A stretch of DNA of 64,000 nucleotides, from contig OZ024740.1 in NCBI GenBank assembly GCA_964016885.1, forward strand, positions 371,690,001 to 371,754,000, written 5' to 3'. Made by a program: the position numbers and the translations under genes. This document shows, one piece after another, positions 27,205 to 42,378 of the stretch (positions are counted from its first letter, which is position 1; every line of letters starts with the position of its first letter). The notes beneath the pieces were generated by a model, which worked only from the letters and a program-made list of their open reading frames with translations, ran no database searches and was not told the DNA's origin. The DNA is from Eledone cirrhosa. Its lineage: Eukaryota.

Positions 27205-27462
27205 CCGGAGGCTCATCAGGTTGGTGCTTATCCAAGTTTTCGTGGCATGAAGCAACTGGAGTTCAAGACTCCCTCCTGGACCATCGCAAGGTTAAAGCCC
27301 TAGCTAATGCTGGTGCTAATTTTCAGTTGAGTATATTGGAGCAACATGAAATGAAGTGTTTTGCTCAAGAACACAACACTCAACCCATTCCAGGAATCGA
27401 ACCCACGGCATTATGATCGTAAATCTAACACCACACCCTTACCACTAGACCACACGTCTCCA
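27205..27462 (-). mobile_element. tRNA-derived SINE (second family)
   Basis: Homologous to 20657-20890; GGAATCGAACCC is the B-box complement. Confidence 0.75.
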
Positions 27463-27659
27463 CAAACAACGTTTAAAACCTCGGCCGGAATTAGAGAGAT
27501 ACAGAGTTCAATTCCCCGTAGCTACTGTTGGTAGCTTTTCCTGTTTACAGGGGTATTTAAACCGATTTTCTAACCTATTATTTGTAATAATCGACTGCAG
27601 TTGCACGCAATGAGAAATATTATTCAATATGGGGTCAAACTGTATTTGAATACATTTGA

Positions 27660-29240
27660 AAATATTTAATAATAGTGATCTTCCGTTTGATGGCTCAGAT
27701 ATGACAGGACGATGTTTTCAGGGGCAAACGAGATTTTCTGGACACTGACGATAAAAAAACAACAGATTTCCTTTTATCTAATGCAAGTATGATGGCAATA
27801 GGAAAACGTTCGGTAATTTTGAATCTCCTGGAATTTAAAGCAATGGATTTCAGCAGTAAATGATCGATGATAAGGTCATCAATTCATTCTCAAACGAATT
27901 CATAATTGTTGCAAAGGTCAGAGTCTTATCATATAAAAATCTGACTGAATCAGTTTAAGGTTATCTCAAATAACACGCGAGTCAGGTTTTGCGAATTTGA
28001 TAAATTTGGAATCAAAAGAAATATTGCAGACAATGATATAATTAAAACAAGAATCAGAGAGAACATACAATCATCTGAACATCATGTGAAAGCATTAGAA
28101 TAATTTCAATTAGATGTTACGAAATTTAAAGGATGCATTGACTTTATCCAACAGCTTGAAATTATTTCTAAATTTCAGATGATTTGAAAAGAAAAAAAAA
28201 TGCAAAATGAGAACGTGTTATATGTTGATAGAAACAAGTATAAATTTGGTTATAAATTTTTCTTTTGTGTATATAAACACACACTATCAAAATATCCTAC
28301 ATTTCTTGAAACCTGTATTAATTGTGATAAAATAATCACTTTAGACAGTATGTAAATATACAAAGAATGCGAAGAAAATAAAAAGGGAGATTCAGCAAGT
28401 ATTTATGAAATTGGCAAAATAACAAAATAAAACAAACAAGCTAATAAAAAACAAACAAACAAAACAAAACAAAGCAAACAAAAAACAAAACAGCATTGCA
28501 ATGAACACTATGAAATCCAATAATGTTAACATTAAAATGTAAATTGGCACCGACAGTCAGGTAACTATAATGCCTCAAAAGTTTTGGATGGGTTTGAATA
28601 AATCAAAATTAGAAAAATGTAATCTCAAACTAAGTATTGATCATTGAAATTCTTGGAAAATTTGACGTATTAATGGAAATTGTCAAGAGAATAGAGGTTC
28701 TGAAATTATTGTTATTGAATGTAAAAAGAAATCATGGCTTGCTTGATGTGGACGTGGTAAATGTTGAAAGTTTAATATTAATTCATGCGATTGATGCTCC
28801 AGGAAAATTACGAGGAATATTACGAGGTTTTAAAGCTGTCAGTCTTCTCAAGGGAAATATTGATATTTTGAGACAAGGCCATTACTAATACACATTAAAC
28901 CATTAGTCATAACGAAGCTGAATGAACTAATTTACGAAGGTCTGTTAAAAGAAGTTCCTCCCGAAAGGAGTAAATGGGCTTTTTCTGTCGTGGTTATGTG
29001 AAATGTGGATAAAGATCTCACAATATGTGGAGACTATAAAAAGGTATAAATGAAAGAGTTCTTTGAGATTCTTATCTAACACTAAACACTGAATCGATAT
29101 TACATTCTCTTTCTGATATGAATTATTTTGCTAAATTAGATATCATCTGTGTTATAAAGAAAGAGATCCTATTACGATAAATACACAAATACACCTTTTA
29201 AGATGGACAAGTTTTCCATATGGAATTAAAACTGCCAGGG
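27660..29240 (+). mobile_element. Gypsy-like gag-pol relic (protease + RT N-terminus)
   Basis: Remnants GTDSQVTIMPQKFW, SKWAFSVVVM, LTICGDYK, YFAKLD, TINT..RWTSFPYGIKTA. The 5' boundary is approximate. Confidence 0.7.
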
Positions 29241-29770
29241 AGTAATTTAACATACTGGTAATGACATTGATAATGATATTGTTTATCAAGTTGATGTATT
29301 GGTGCTAAACCATTGAAAATGTACATATGAAAGCTGAAATTATCATACCTGATGATCAGGCGAATTACATCTGTGCAAGAGTCTTGTAAATTGTCTTTGG
29401 GACTATAGACTAACACAGAGAGGATATCCCTTGACCATCGTACAGTAGGGTGACTTATAGATGTATGCCCGTCAAAATACAAGAAGTAATTAACATTTTA
29501 TGTAACTATATATATCAATATATAAAAGACATGGTCATTCATGACATTCTTTTCGTCGCTTGTGTCAGAAGATGTAATGTGTGCATAAATGTTTTCTGAG
29601 CTCCAGAAATGTTGATTTTGCGCATGAAATGCTATGCGAAGAAACAAACAGCAGCAGTCAATATAACATTCAATAGAGACAGAAAACAGTTGCCTGTTAT
29701 GTATGAATCTCTTTACATGTAAACATGCACGTTCACACACACACACACACACATATATATACACACACAG

Positions 29771-29815
<45 letters not shown>

Positions 29816-30021
29816 CTTGTGTATGTTTACAATTAACAAACTTTCGTTAATCGAAAAATGAAATTCAATAACCTTATTCAATCTAAGAACAAATTTATAG
29901 ATACCTGGCTTATAAATTTCCCTACACTTGATTTCAAGTGCGAGACTATTTCATTTTCAGGAGAGGGAATAACACGTGAGAAATTATATTATGACTATAT
30001 ACACTATCTTTATTGTAGTAT

Positions 30022-30212
30022 TGATTTCTAATTTAGGCATACGGCTAGCGAATCAACCCCCAGTTCTTAACTGGTAGTTTATTATATTGAGCCCTGAAAG
30101 ATAAAGAACAAAGTTGATTTCGGCAGGATTTGAACTCAGAATGTTAAAAGCCTAAAAAATACCACTATGTCATTTTACTTGACGTTCTATCAAGTCAGTC
30201 AATCCACCACCC
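30022..30212 (-). mobile_element. tRNA-derived SINE
   Basis: CAAAGTTGATTTCGGCAGGATTTGAACTCAG. Confidence 0.65.
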
Positions 30213-31933
30213 TCAGTTTTACAGTAATATCAATTGGTAGAATCTAAGAGAGAAAGATTTGGAAATGTTTAACATTTAACTTTTTTGTAAATCTTAAACA
30301 TTCTCGTTAATTTAGAACATGCTTAAGGTTTAACGTGGAACACCTCTATGCATGTTTTCCAAGATGTATCTAATTCATTTTTTAAAGAACCCTTTGGTGT
30401 ATTTCTTAAACCACGAATAATAATGTTAATAATTGTTCCGACTCTAGAAGTATGAAAGAACCACGGCAAAATTTGAAAGACAAAAAAAAAAAAAAAAAAA
30501 ATTTTTTTTCAAGCATTGGCATAAGGTCAGCAATTATAGGTAAAGTTGACCTAGGCAAGATTTCAACTCAGAATGTGAAAGAGCCCACACAACAACGAAA
30601 AAAATGAAGGAACATAATATGGGTGATGATGATGATAATTTCGTACAAAGGAGGGGATCTATTTCTCAGAAACGTTAAAATTTATGTTTCAAAGCCATAG
30701 CTTATGTATTCTCTGTTGGATCTTTCCTCATCTAGATTCGCCAAAGTTTTCAATATTAGAATTTTCTATTAAGTTAGCCAATTGATTTTGAAAATGATGT
30801 GGAAAAAATTTTTTTGTACCACCTCAAATTTCAAAAGTGTCATTAATCTTTAAAAGTGTATTATTTACGACACACACTCCCTCCACCAAACAGAAATGTC
30901 TTTAAGAGTAATATAACAAACTTAATCACATTCTTTCTCGCTGTTTTGGTTTATGGTAAAGTTCGTACAACAGTTCCCTTTAGATTTCATGACGTTTTTG
31001 CTATAAATTGTTTTAGGGGAAAATTCATAACAACTCATATTTTAGCACAAATTCTATAACATTTAAAAGATATTTTCAATCTTTTTCTTAATATTTTTTT
31101 GCGCTAATAACAATTTATTACGACGTTTAGGGCATAATTCTTAATCTCCATAATACTTTCAGCATGTTTCCTGCATGCAATGTAATCAGTAATATCACCG
31201 AGAGACTCTGGTATTTTAACTAGTTTCCAGTGGAATTGGCACCAGATATATAGAAGAATTGTCGGTTTAGGTTGTAAAAACCAGGCTACGAGCAAGTTTC
31301 TCAAACGAAACAATAAAACTTCACTAAACCATGTTGTTGTATAAATACATAGTAGAAGAGATTTGTAGATAAGAATTTTGGTCGTATATTTCTTCCATGA
31401 ATTCAAACTTAGTGTATTAATAATGGAGTTAGCTGTCATGAAGCCATATGTAATACAAGGCGACGATTTACTGTAGTTATGATGTGAAGTCAAATTTCTA
31501 AAATATACATTTCATTTAGCATTTGATATATAACGAAATATGTTTGTTTAAATATATGGTTGGCCGCCATGAACAAAGTTGACAACACGGGGCTATTGTT
31601 TCAATCGAAGTAAAAACAATTCATATTGAATCTGGTTTTATTTGGTAATTCTATCTTTCTGTATCTTACAACGAGAGGATTAAATGAAAATCAATGTCCT
31701 CTGTCATTACCCAAGAGATTTCCTCTACTTAATTAACTGCTCCATAATGATCTGAATATTTAAAGAACAAATATAGATATCATGCAAGTACAGTTTCATA
31801 TGAATATACATACATACAAACATTCATTAACGAACGATGATTGTATATACCAATGCTTTTTAATATTTGTCTGTCTGTCTGTATGTATGTATGCATGCAT
31901 GTATGTAGAAACATGATTATATATACGTATATA

Positions 31934-31991
<58 letters not shown>

Positions 31992-31992
<1 letters not shown>

Positions 31993-32900
31993 GATATAGG
32001 TTTTCTTTTAGGCATGTATCTAAAATACGACTGTGGTCTAGGTTTATCGTTTTTATTATGTTTTTGTTCAATATGTTCGTATGAATTCCGTTCTGTGGTT
32101 TTGGAATAGGAACCTTCCTAAATCTGTGTTTATTTTTGTTTGTGACTAGTGTATTTTCTATGAATATTTATTTTAGCATTGTGCTTTATTATGACTATTG
32201 CTTCCATCATTAATCACCTTTATGTGCCGTTCACAAATTAGTTCCTCATATATATTTGGTTTGTGCTGTGTGGTGTAGAGCACTATAATTGTTTTGTTGT
32301 CATTGTCTAATATAAAATGTGAAGTCGTAAATGTTACACCTCTTATGTCTGCAATCCAAATATAAATATAGTTATTAGCAACTTGTTCATTTGTTTAGCT
32401 CCTTTTTATTGATAAGAAGGCATTTTTCAGTGTTTTGTTGATTATTGGGCAGGTACAAGTCTTGATGTACTCTGGCCTTTGAAGTTTTTAATAATTGCTT
32501 ATCAATTATATGTATAGTTAGTATGAATTTGATTGATAGGAAATATTTTATAAGTGGTTTGTATATTTTAATAGCTATAGTTATATTTGTAATTTTATTT
32601 TATGCGGGTGAATCATTTTATTGCTAGCAGTTTTATTTGTACCATTCTGTATGTTGAATTGTAGTACGGACTAATTTTCTAGGTATTCCTTCAAATTCTC
32701 ATCATGTTTCGGTGGGTCCACTATGGTAAGTGTATTGTCCGTATAACTGGCAACAATTTGTTTTCTATTGTAGACTTTAGAACGCCGCTGAAAAATAATG
32801 TCCTTAAGGGAGAGCCAGCGGCTTCTCTATCATTTTGTTTTTATAATTTTTACCATACATCATAAACGGGAACTTCTGATGAACGAAACCGTAATAAATT
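31992..32900 (-). mobile_element. Highly decayed PLE
   Basis: Minus strand YKNKMI/EAAGSPL (YKQxDGxAMGSPL-like) near 32800-32850; AT-rich PLE-like body. Confidence 0.4.
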
Positions 32901-33049
32901 CTTCACTCCAGTGTGTTAACTGGTACTCTACTAAGCCCTGGAAATTGTAGAGATAAACGTATTATAAACAGATTCAATAACTCTGAAGACTTATTTATAA
33001 ATAAATACATTCGAAATTATAGATAAAGAAAATATGATACTAGGATTCC

Positions 33050-34260
33050 GAATGAAAACTAAGTAAACTTCGTAAACTAATTATGACGATAAACACACAA
33101 ACTGAAAGCCTTTATTTTTCCCCCATTTAATTTAAATTCATCCCAGTAGCTATGTTCGGAACTGCAAAAATGCACAAATAAAAAACGCCTTGCGATCGAT
33201 TTTATTTCAAATAAATACAGTAAACAGTCATCTGTAGATCTAAAGATTGTAGAAGGCGATATCTCTACTTTAGATGTTGAAAGTATGTTTAACTTTCCAG
33301 TGACAAAAACAATAGACACAATATTAAATAACGTATATAACCACATATACAACTAGTCAATATACTTATAAAAATATTAGTCATGTACACCAGAAGTAAC
33401 CTATCACTGACCACAAGACAAATTATATAAGCAAAAAGATAAAGAAGCCACGAGTTCTCCTTTAGGACCTACAATTATCAGAATTTATGCGATATATATC
33501 ATATTTATTGTTGAGGGTCGAGGTCCATGGACAATTGAACCAATGCTAATATATATGATGCTGTGTGTCCAAGATTTTCATCAAGAAAAAATGTGGAATC
33601 GGTGGGTCCCGAATTCTCGTCCGACTATTACCGGCAAGCTGGCTACCGAACCGCAGCCCATATCATAAGAATGAAGCAGTTGGACACTGGAAAGATTATC
33701 ACCAAAGTCAGACACTACTGGATATCCGCCGACTCTTTTGAGTGCCTCTACACTTTGACAGGATTTGCTTTTCAGCCGCAGGGTTTCCAAAAACCACCCT
33801 TCTCACCAAGCTTGCTTGCTGGGGTTACCGAGTTTATTCGCCGGCTATCCGATCACGTGACAGGTTGTTCTGTGTTTCTCTGCCACCAGTAGTGCTCCTG
33901 ACATAATATACCAGTAAGTGGACGATATCATCATCGTAATGGATACACACGAACAAACCGAGAAGTTAAAAGACGATCTGAAAAACAACTCTGTACTAAA
34001 ATTAAATATCAACTTATTGGAAGTAAAACTTCAAACAATACAAAATTACATTTCCTGACATAAATAAAATCACATACATGGAGAGAGCATATGTCACGCA
34101 GATACAAAATGTCAGACGTAAATCCCTATTTATAAGAGTATTGAGACTCTTTTCTACAAACTAAGTTAAAGAAATCTACAAAATAAACATGCAATAATCA
34201 ACTTGTTATCTAAGAAACTTATAGATCAAATCATAGATTAATACCATTATAAATACAACA
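33050..34260 (+). mobile_element. Decayed PLE RT interrupted by a solo LTR
   Basis: TLDVESMFNFPV, LYKQKDKEATSSPLGPT, VDDII remnants. Confidence 0.65.
33509..33903. mobile_element. Probable solo LTR (TGT...ACA)
   Basis: GC-richer 395-bp block TGTTGAG..CCTGACA that splits the PLE RT. Flanks TTAT/TAAT could be an imperfect 4-bp TSD. Confidence 0.55.
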
Positions 34261-34304
34261 CAACATATATAGTTTTCATGTAAATATTTCATGAAACATT
34301 GATA

Positions 34305-34545
34305 GGTCTGATGCTGAGTGTTGCATGGCTGGAAAGAAGATCAGTGTTGCGGAGACTGAGACAATCATCCTTCCAAGCAAGCCTGCGCAGTGCATTCTAC
34401 ATGTGAGTGAAGTTCCACCGAAGCAGGTGGAGGAGTTCAAGTATCTCGAGGCGGTGTTCACGAGTGATAAGTGATAGAAAGCAAGAATTGCAGGAGTTGA
34501 TGCAGTAATGGGCCAGCTTCAGCATTCAGTCATCAGAAGAAGGAA
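34305..34545 (+). mobile_element. RTE RT fragment
   Basis: KISVAETETII..KQVEEFKYLEAVFTSD. Confidence 0.65.
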
Positions 34546-36184
34546 GGTAGGTGAAAATTTGATGAAAATATTTGAGGAAATAAATGTTTTAGAAATCAAA
34601 ACCATACCTGCTTAGAATATAAACAGTAGGCCTCTTATTAAAAATGATAGCGACCACCATGAAGTACCTATGCAGAATTATACTATTTGTAGTATCAGGT
34701 GGGGGTACGTGTTTGCATTATCTGCTTCTCGAACATTTACACACTTGTCTTAATGTTGCGATTGAAATAAATAATGCCTTCAACTTCCGTAATATAATAT
34801 AAAACTGCATAATAACTCTTTTTATTGAGCGAGATAATATTATTGCGGAATGGAATTTATTATTTTTGGTTTATTCATCCAATATTAGTTAATTTTCGGT
34901 ATTCAGAATAATAATTTTTTCATACGCAGAGAGAAGTAAACAATTGATTCCATAATTTGATTGGTACTTTGTAGGGGAGGAGGAAATCTAAACTAACTGT
35001 AAAAATTGGCGTATGACGAGGAAATGAATCAATCGTTTTAAATACTAGGTTATGATTTGTTTTATTCATTAGAAAAATGAAACAGGAATTATTCATAATG
35101 TATAGTTTCATAATATGGAGTTGACTTGATTAGTTAATATCTTTGGACATTTTCCTTCTAACTGTTGAACTTCCATTTAAATTTATATCTGTTATAAACA
35201 TATTGATTTGAATCTTTTTGTAATGCATTTCAAATAAAAGGCACATAAATTTTATTGCTTTCTTAATCATTACAGTCAAATAGATTAGTTTCCGACTGTT
35301 TTAGAAAATGAAACGTTACATCATTAATTATTCATTTTATTAAGAATGCTTTTATTATTTTCAATATTGTCTTTTACGTCTAGTAGCAACTTAACTATTG
35401 TCATTATCAATTGAAAGACAATTTGTAAAAATTAACATTTTATTTTAGAATAAATGAAGTGTCTTATTTTACATACACACTTGTGTTTTATGTATATTAA
35501 TTAAGTAGATGAAGTGAGTGTAGAAGGACGTGTGAATGAGATACTAAGTTGGTAAAACACAGAAGGCAGTCGTTATTTATTGACACCCACTCTCAAAAAC
35601 CCTATTGCTGTTTAGCCCAAAGGCAATCCACATTGAGCAAACATACCCTGTAATTTGTTCCTTCCATGAATTCCAACTCTGCTTGAGTTACTTTTGCTTT
35701 TAATAGCTTTGAAAGTCGACGAAATAGAAACCGATTATAAAAAATAATAGATTTAAACCGACCATACTCTTAACTATATGCTACAAACATTTTTCCGTGC
35801 TAAGAACCCCATCATTGACACAGTCTTATGATAGTAACCATCAAAATATTTAAAATATTAAGAAAATAAGAACGTAAAAGTGTGAAAGAAAATCAATAGT
35901 TATTAGTGTCCACAACAGTGTGGATTTTATTTTTCTCTAAGTCTCTTGACTGTAATTTTCCAATTTAAGTCCAAAGCTAAGGTGATTATTTTTAAAAAGA
36001 ATTTGGAGTAGTGAAAATATATTAATGAAACAATCATAAAATCTATGGCTATATCTCAATTTAAGAATAACAAAGTATTTTATTAAATTTCGACAAGGAT
36101 AAACTACAGAAACTTGTAACAAGACTAAATGACTAAAGAATGCTCTATGGAATGGAAATGAATATAAAAAAAATCAAAACCAAT

Positions 36185-36482
36185 GATAATCAGCAAGAAA
36201 CAACAGTCACAGATCCGATAGTATAGGCATGTGGTTAGAATGTCTCAGGAAAGTTTCGCTGGACAGATTGTACGGGTAAAACCAACCGAAAGGAGTCACA
36301 CGAGTAGACCTCGAGCAAGATGGTTGGATAACATTCATGAGCTTGGCTGGTCTCGCTTGCAGATCCAGCCGGATCAGTTGGAGATGTTACTTCTGACAAG
36401 ACCAGCTGGAAGGAGTGTTTGAGGACTCTTCCCCCACGATCCTCTCAGAAATAAGAAGGCGAAAAAGAAGAAGAAGAAGAAG
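36185..36482 (+). mobile_element. RTE 3' fragment with (GAA)n tail
   Basis: HVVRMSQES..RPRARWLDNI..WRSV, then AAGAAGAAG. Confidence 0.7.
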
Positions 36483-39262
36483 AGAGCAATCACCGAAAAT
36501 GAATATTACTATTTAGGAAAATCTAATCGAAGAGACCTAAGTGATATATACTTGGGATATATGCAATTAGAAAATGGGAAATATGAAACAAAAATCAAAT
36601 GGACTAAAACAGCTAGCAACTCATTGAAACATTGTTAAATATTTTAACACCATTAATTAACGAATTACGAAAAAAGATATTTTGAAATGGCATTTTTGTT
36701 TCTCTCTACCGTATGAAGCTGAAATATGGATATTAATAAATGTATTATTAAATAGACTTTGAAATGTGGGCATATAAAAAACGTTTGCGAATGCTTTGTA
36801 CAGAACTCAAAACCAACCATGAGAATGACAAAAGCTAAGAAAATTTTGTTAACCAGAAATCTAAAATATTTTGGAGACTTAATTAGATGAGTTAGACCCC
36901 GTGTCTTAACCGTGATAACACATATTTGGTGTTCATCTTTGAAGAAATGTTCATCGACAATTCTCATCCCGAAAACGTCATTTGAAAAGTAATTTGTAAC
37001 TTTATCTGTGTAATCTGATTTTTATTAATGCTAGTTCTTCACTACCATTAAGTAGTTCTAGTTTCAATGTTTTTCTATCTCCACCATTAATTAATTAATT
37101 ATACAACTATCAAATCCCTTTTAACTAGCTCACTAATCTAGTCATTGTATATTTTCTGTGCATTCAATATTCCATATCTTGAAGTTCTATTTAGATTTGA
37201 CCGTGTTTTTAAGCATGAAGGAATATGAGAACGCTACATTAGTTTTACTAGCCTAATAAATAGTCTGTTTATATTAAACCTAGATAACTAGATACATTGA
37301 TAAACTGTTTCCTATACAAATGCCTGTCGTTTATCTCGATTTCGTCAGATTAGATCTGAAGCAAGGGAGACTAGAGGAATGTCTGTGCATGTGTGTTTTA
37401 CTGGTGAGCACTCTTGAAAAGCCTTCTATGGGTTCTGCTGTGCATTCTTGGTGGGACAGAAATAGGAGGAGGTTCTATTGCTACTGTTACTGTTGATGTT
37501 GTTGTTGCTGCTTATGTTATTGTTTTTGATGCTGCTGTTGCCGTTATTACTGTTACTGTTGTTTTTATTATTTTTATTGCTGTTGCTGTTATTCTTGCTG
37601 TGGTTGTGAGGATGGTAGCGGAGTGGACCTTCTTTGTTTTGTTGTCTACTCTGGACAATGTATTTTACAAACCACTGCGAATTACATCAGGGCTCTTGAG
37701 AAAATCTAAGAAAGATTGAAACATTGAATCAGTTTATTTATTAATTTATTGACGTGATATCCAAAAGAGTACGGATATATTCTTCAGAAAACAGCTAAAC
37801 CCACCCGCAAAATGGAAATACGAGAAAAGACACAAAGACAAAGACACAAAGGATGAAAGATAGAAAGAGAAAATATCTATTAATATTGAGTGGAATAAAC
37901 AAAGAAATATAAGATGAAAAAAATGTTAAAATATTTAGGAAATATAACATCAGAGAAAATGTGGAAGCCAAAAAAATAAAAGTGAGATTAAAATAAGAAA
38001 CCCTAGCACATATTAAGCAAGTTGAAAAGCGTGAATGATTCTTTAAATATAAAGAGCTTTTCGGAAGTAGCTCCAGAGTAGTCTATGGAAGATTTAATTA
38101 GTCAAACAAAGAGATAACAGAATCACCAACAAAACCAAAAGTTACGAAGTGCTGTGAAGACATAAACGAAAGAGTTACCACTCATAACAACAACAACAAC
38201 AAAAACATCAATAAGAAAAACAGCATATTTCATAACGAAGACAAAACAATGGCAGAAAAAAGATGAAATATATCTTTGTAGGAAGTTACATTAGCATTAA
38301 GAGATTTAGCCAACTGGATGAAACCGTTAATGTGCTAAACTTATATTTATTTGATATATGTAACACGTGCACAAAAATCCTTGCAAGGCTTTCAACATTT
38401 AGCAGCAACAACAAATAACTTTAGGAGGGTGACTAGAAGATAAGACAACTCTGATTGATAAGGGTTTAGAAATAACAACCTCCGTCATAGTGGGAAGTTT
38501 GGGTCAAAGAATTAATTCCTCATTAACGAAAAAATTAAAATTAGAAGAGAGGAGATAAAATGAAACTAAGCAGAACACGAATAAACTATACAATATCGCT
38601 TAATAAAGGAGGAGCAGTACCCACAACTCCTTTCAGGGCTTCCGATATTGGTGGGAAGGAAAAAGTATCCTCAAATCGGGGACTTTGTTCGAATAATTAC
38701 AACAGAGTGGACTCAGCTAAATACTATCAAGGGTCAGGCCACCAACATAGGCTAGCGCGGAATTTTGGCTCACAATGTGAATACCCGAAACAAATGGCAC
38801 AAGGTATCTCACCCTAAAAAGTATGTTAATCGCGATCCAGGGCTTATATTTTATTTTATCGACTTCGAAAGAATGCAAAGTTGACTTCTGTTGGATGTGA
38901 ACACAGTTCCCCGAGATAAAATCCTATGAGGTATATGGTCGATACGCTGTAACGAATTTGTCTATTCATCAACAAAATGAAACCAATTTTAAAGTATATG
39001 GTAGCTCCAACATTAAGAAATTATGTCAGCCATGCCATAGTAACTAAATAATTGTTTCTACTTTTGGCACAAGGCCAGCAATTACCCAGTACTAAATAAT
39101 AACAGAAATGCACACTCCATGGACTAATTAACATTGTCTGATGTTGTCCAGTCTTGGAACAGTTGTTATTTACATAAACATGACGTAATAGGATATGTTT
39201 AGGTGCATACTTAGCAGTAATTCTTTGGTCAAGTGGCCAATAAAGAAATTATTATTAGCAGA

Positions 39263-39480
39263 AAGGTGGTGGATTGACAGAATCGGTAGAGCGTTGGAAA
39301 CCCTGCTTCGAGACATATAGTTACGGCCTTTTATATTCTGAGTTCTAATCCTGCCAAGGTTAGCTTTGCCTTTCATCCTTACGGGGTTGATAAAATAAAG
39401 TGCCAGTCATGCACTGGGGTCGATTTAACCCCCCACTCGCAAAAAAAATGTTGGCCTTGTGCCTAAATCAGAAACCATTA
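39263..39480 (+). mobile_element. tRNA-derived SINE, full length
   Basis: Same family as 26688-26902. Confidence 0.8.
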
Positions 39481-41736
39481 TTAGTAGAAATTAATTCAGT
39501 TTCTAATAAAGGACGAATTCTGGAATTGTTCAACTTGAAGGTATCTTAAATGAAAGATTTTCAATGCGCCTTCTGAAAATTATGATTTAGGAAGCTGGAT
39601 TGCATTTTCTGAGGTGGTGAGATATAGTTTCATTTGATCTATATATTGTTAATACTATTTTGTTATGCCCGGAAAAAGTTGTATAAATCAGCTTCATCTT
39701 ATGTATAGGTTGCATGTTACTTACGAAGCAAATGTATACTATTGTTGTTTCAAGTTGGGCAGAAAACAATTTGTTCTATAAACATCAGGCTTTTGAAGCC
39801 AAACAGAAATTATCATTGTCTGGGGATATACTGTGATATTTCTGGGAGAATATTATCCTCTGGACATTTGGCGTTGAAATATATTGATGTTCCACGAGAG
39901 GAATAATTTGATATGTTGATCTAATTTAGTGAATATTTCTAGCTATCGAAAGCGCTTCTCAAATGTTTAGAGGCACCAAATAGTGAAACATCTTACATGT
40001 AATTATATTAGGTTGATCTATATATACTCATAGTGTTGTACGAAAGGAGTTTGGGTTTGTAAACGCAGCAAATGGCATAACATCATCATGAATTTATATG
40101 TCAGCTTCACCGTAACTGACTCTTGTCAGTTCTGAAAATAACAGACTTTGATTAATATTTTGATTTGATGTCTAATCTAAGAATGAGGTCAACAATATTG
40201 GGAGGTGGGAAACACCACCGTTTGACTGTTACTATATTTTATCGACCTGAAAGGTTAAAAAGTGTAGTTAATCATCAAGGGATTTGAACTAAAAATGTAA
40301 TTATACTCCAGCATTAACGTTAATAGAGACGTTTCCATAGGTGCCAAGCATATTGCTTGATTAAATGTAGGAATATCTCTCACGTAGGAAATTTTAGTTC
40401 TGTTACTCAGTTCTAGACGATCTTCGACATTCAATAATAGAATTGTAATAGTAATAGATATTTTATAGGGTGGTCATTTCAGGCTTACTAGTTATTTTTG
40501 CGAATTTATTGGCTGGTGTGAGCAGATTTACTTTTGTTGTAGTCAGGCAAACTGTCCATTATTCTCTGTATCAGAGAATATTTGTGCGACTGCTGCAGCA
40601 TATCATAATTCTCTCTATTGTCTTTCTATGGAGCTAAATTATATGCATAATGTCCCTTCAAATAAGTGAACGTGCATCTGTCATTCAGAAATTTCTTTTT
40701 TTTTGTCGCTGTGGAATTGCACACTTTGGGATTTCTAAGGCGTGTATTTGTACAAGTCGAAATTCTCATACATCTCCCTGGAATTTAGTTTGAATAATCT
40801 CCACATTTAATGTATCTTTGGCAGGACTTAGAGTGAATATAGCTGTAGTTAATTCCATTTTCTTCATGTCTGCAGGTCATTTTGTACAGTAAATACAAAT
40901 GATTGTCGCTTTGTCATTTGTCCTGTCAATGTTTGTACTGTTTCACCATTTGTTGGCAGTTTGATGTTTATTGATACTGTTTTGTTCCTTCTTTGGACAG
41001 CAATAACTACTTGTTTGCATTAAGACCCTTTTTATTTATATTTTTATGATTGAAGGTAGATGTAGTAGTGTTCTGAGTCACTTGCGTAGCTGATCAATAT
41101 GTGGAATTATTTATAGCTTCATTACGCGTATTTTCACTTGTAAGAATGCTACTAATTTTTCTGATGCCTGCCTGCATACACGCGTTCAGTTTCACGAATA
41201 CATAAAAGTGAATAAACACATTTTTTTTTCATCTTTGAATTCACTCATACTATGGATCTATAGAATATATAGTTCTTCGGGGCTTGTCCAATCAGATGGT
41301 TGTTGGTGTATTGTTCTAGGAAAGTACCTCTGCTTGATAATTTCATTTCGACACTAAAAAAAGAATCTAAGATGTATTCGGAATAAATAAGATAATTGCA
41401 ATAATGGTTGTAGAAACGAAATGAAAATGAAAATAAAGAAAAATAAGAAGGCATTGTTAAGAATTCAGGCAGACAAATGACGCTATTTTTCAAAGATGTT
41501 CTGCTGAACACGCTACCATGCAAAGATTTACGATGTCTGTAAAAATAAACCTACTTTGTTATATAACGTTAACAATTTTGATTTAAATTATGACTGAAAA
41601 TGGCTGGAAATATTGACTTAGAATTTAAAAATAATCTACGAATGCAACTGAATAATGTTTATATAGATTACCAATATGTACAATAAAAGAAAAGAGAAAT
41701 CTGTAGTTTCTCATTTAAAAGATATAATCAGACAAG

Positions 41737-41930
41737 TGGTGTTGATTGGCAGAATCGTTAGAGCGCCGGACAAACTGTTTTGCGGAATTTGCTCTGGTTC
41801 TTTACGCTCTAATTGTATACCCAGCCAAGGTTAACTTTGCTTTTTGTCTTTACAGAATCGATAGATAAAATACCATTCAAATACTGGAGTAGATTCAGTC
41901 TGCTATTCCCTCCATCTTTGTGCATATGTA
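41737..41930 (+). mobile_element. tRNA-derived SINE, diverged
   Basis: TGGCAGAATCGTTAGAGCGCCGG..GGTTAACTTTGC. Confidence 0.65.
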
Positions 41931-42234
41931 AGAAACAAATATACATGTTTCTTCCCACTCTCCGCCTTTCTTTCTCTCTACACCCACACATATAGGCACA
42001 CATGCATAAGGGAATAGTACACTGATGTCAATACACTCATACGTATAATGAATTAATTGATGGGTGTAAAGCGGAATTAATAAATGAATAAATAATTTAA
42101 ATGAAATTGAAGAGACAGTTCTAGATTACGATTTACCAGTTTCGGCTAGGGAATTTTCAGCTTCGTAATAAAGACCACATACATTTTCATGAATCACAGC
42201 TCATAATATACAGAATGATTATTACATACAACAA

Positions 42235-42378
42235 TGGGCGGTGGGTTGGAAGATTCGTTAGAGCGTCAGATAGAATGCTTTGTGGCATTCGTTCCGACTC
42301 TCTTCAAATCACGTCGAGGTCAACTTTGCTTTTCATCATTTCGAGGTTGATAAAAAATTACCCATCTAGTACTGGAGT
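42235..42378 (+). mobile_element. tRNA-derived SINE, diverged
   Basis: TTCAAATCACGTCGAGGTCAACTTTGCTTTTCATC. Confidence 0.65.

Noticed and set aside
37414-37719. Hydrophobic membrane-protein-like ORF
   Set aside because: Derived from a degenerate (GTT/GCT/ATT)n trinucleotide tract.
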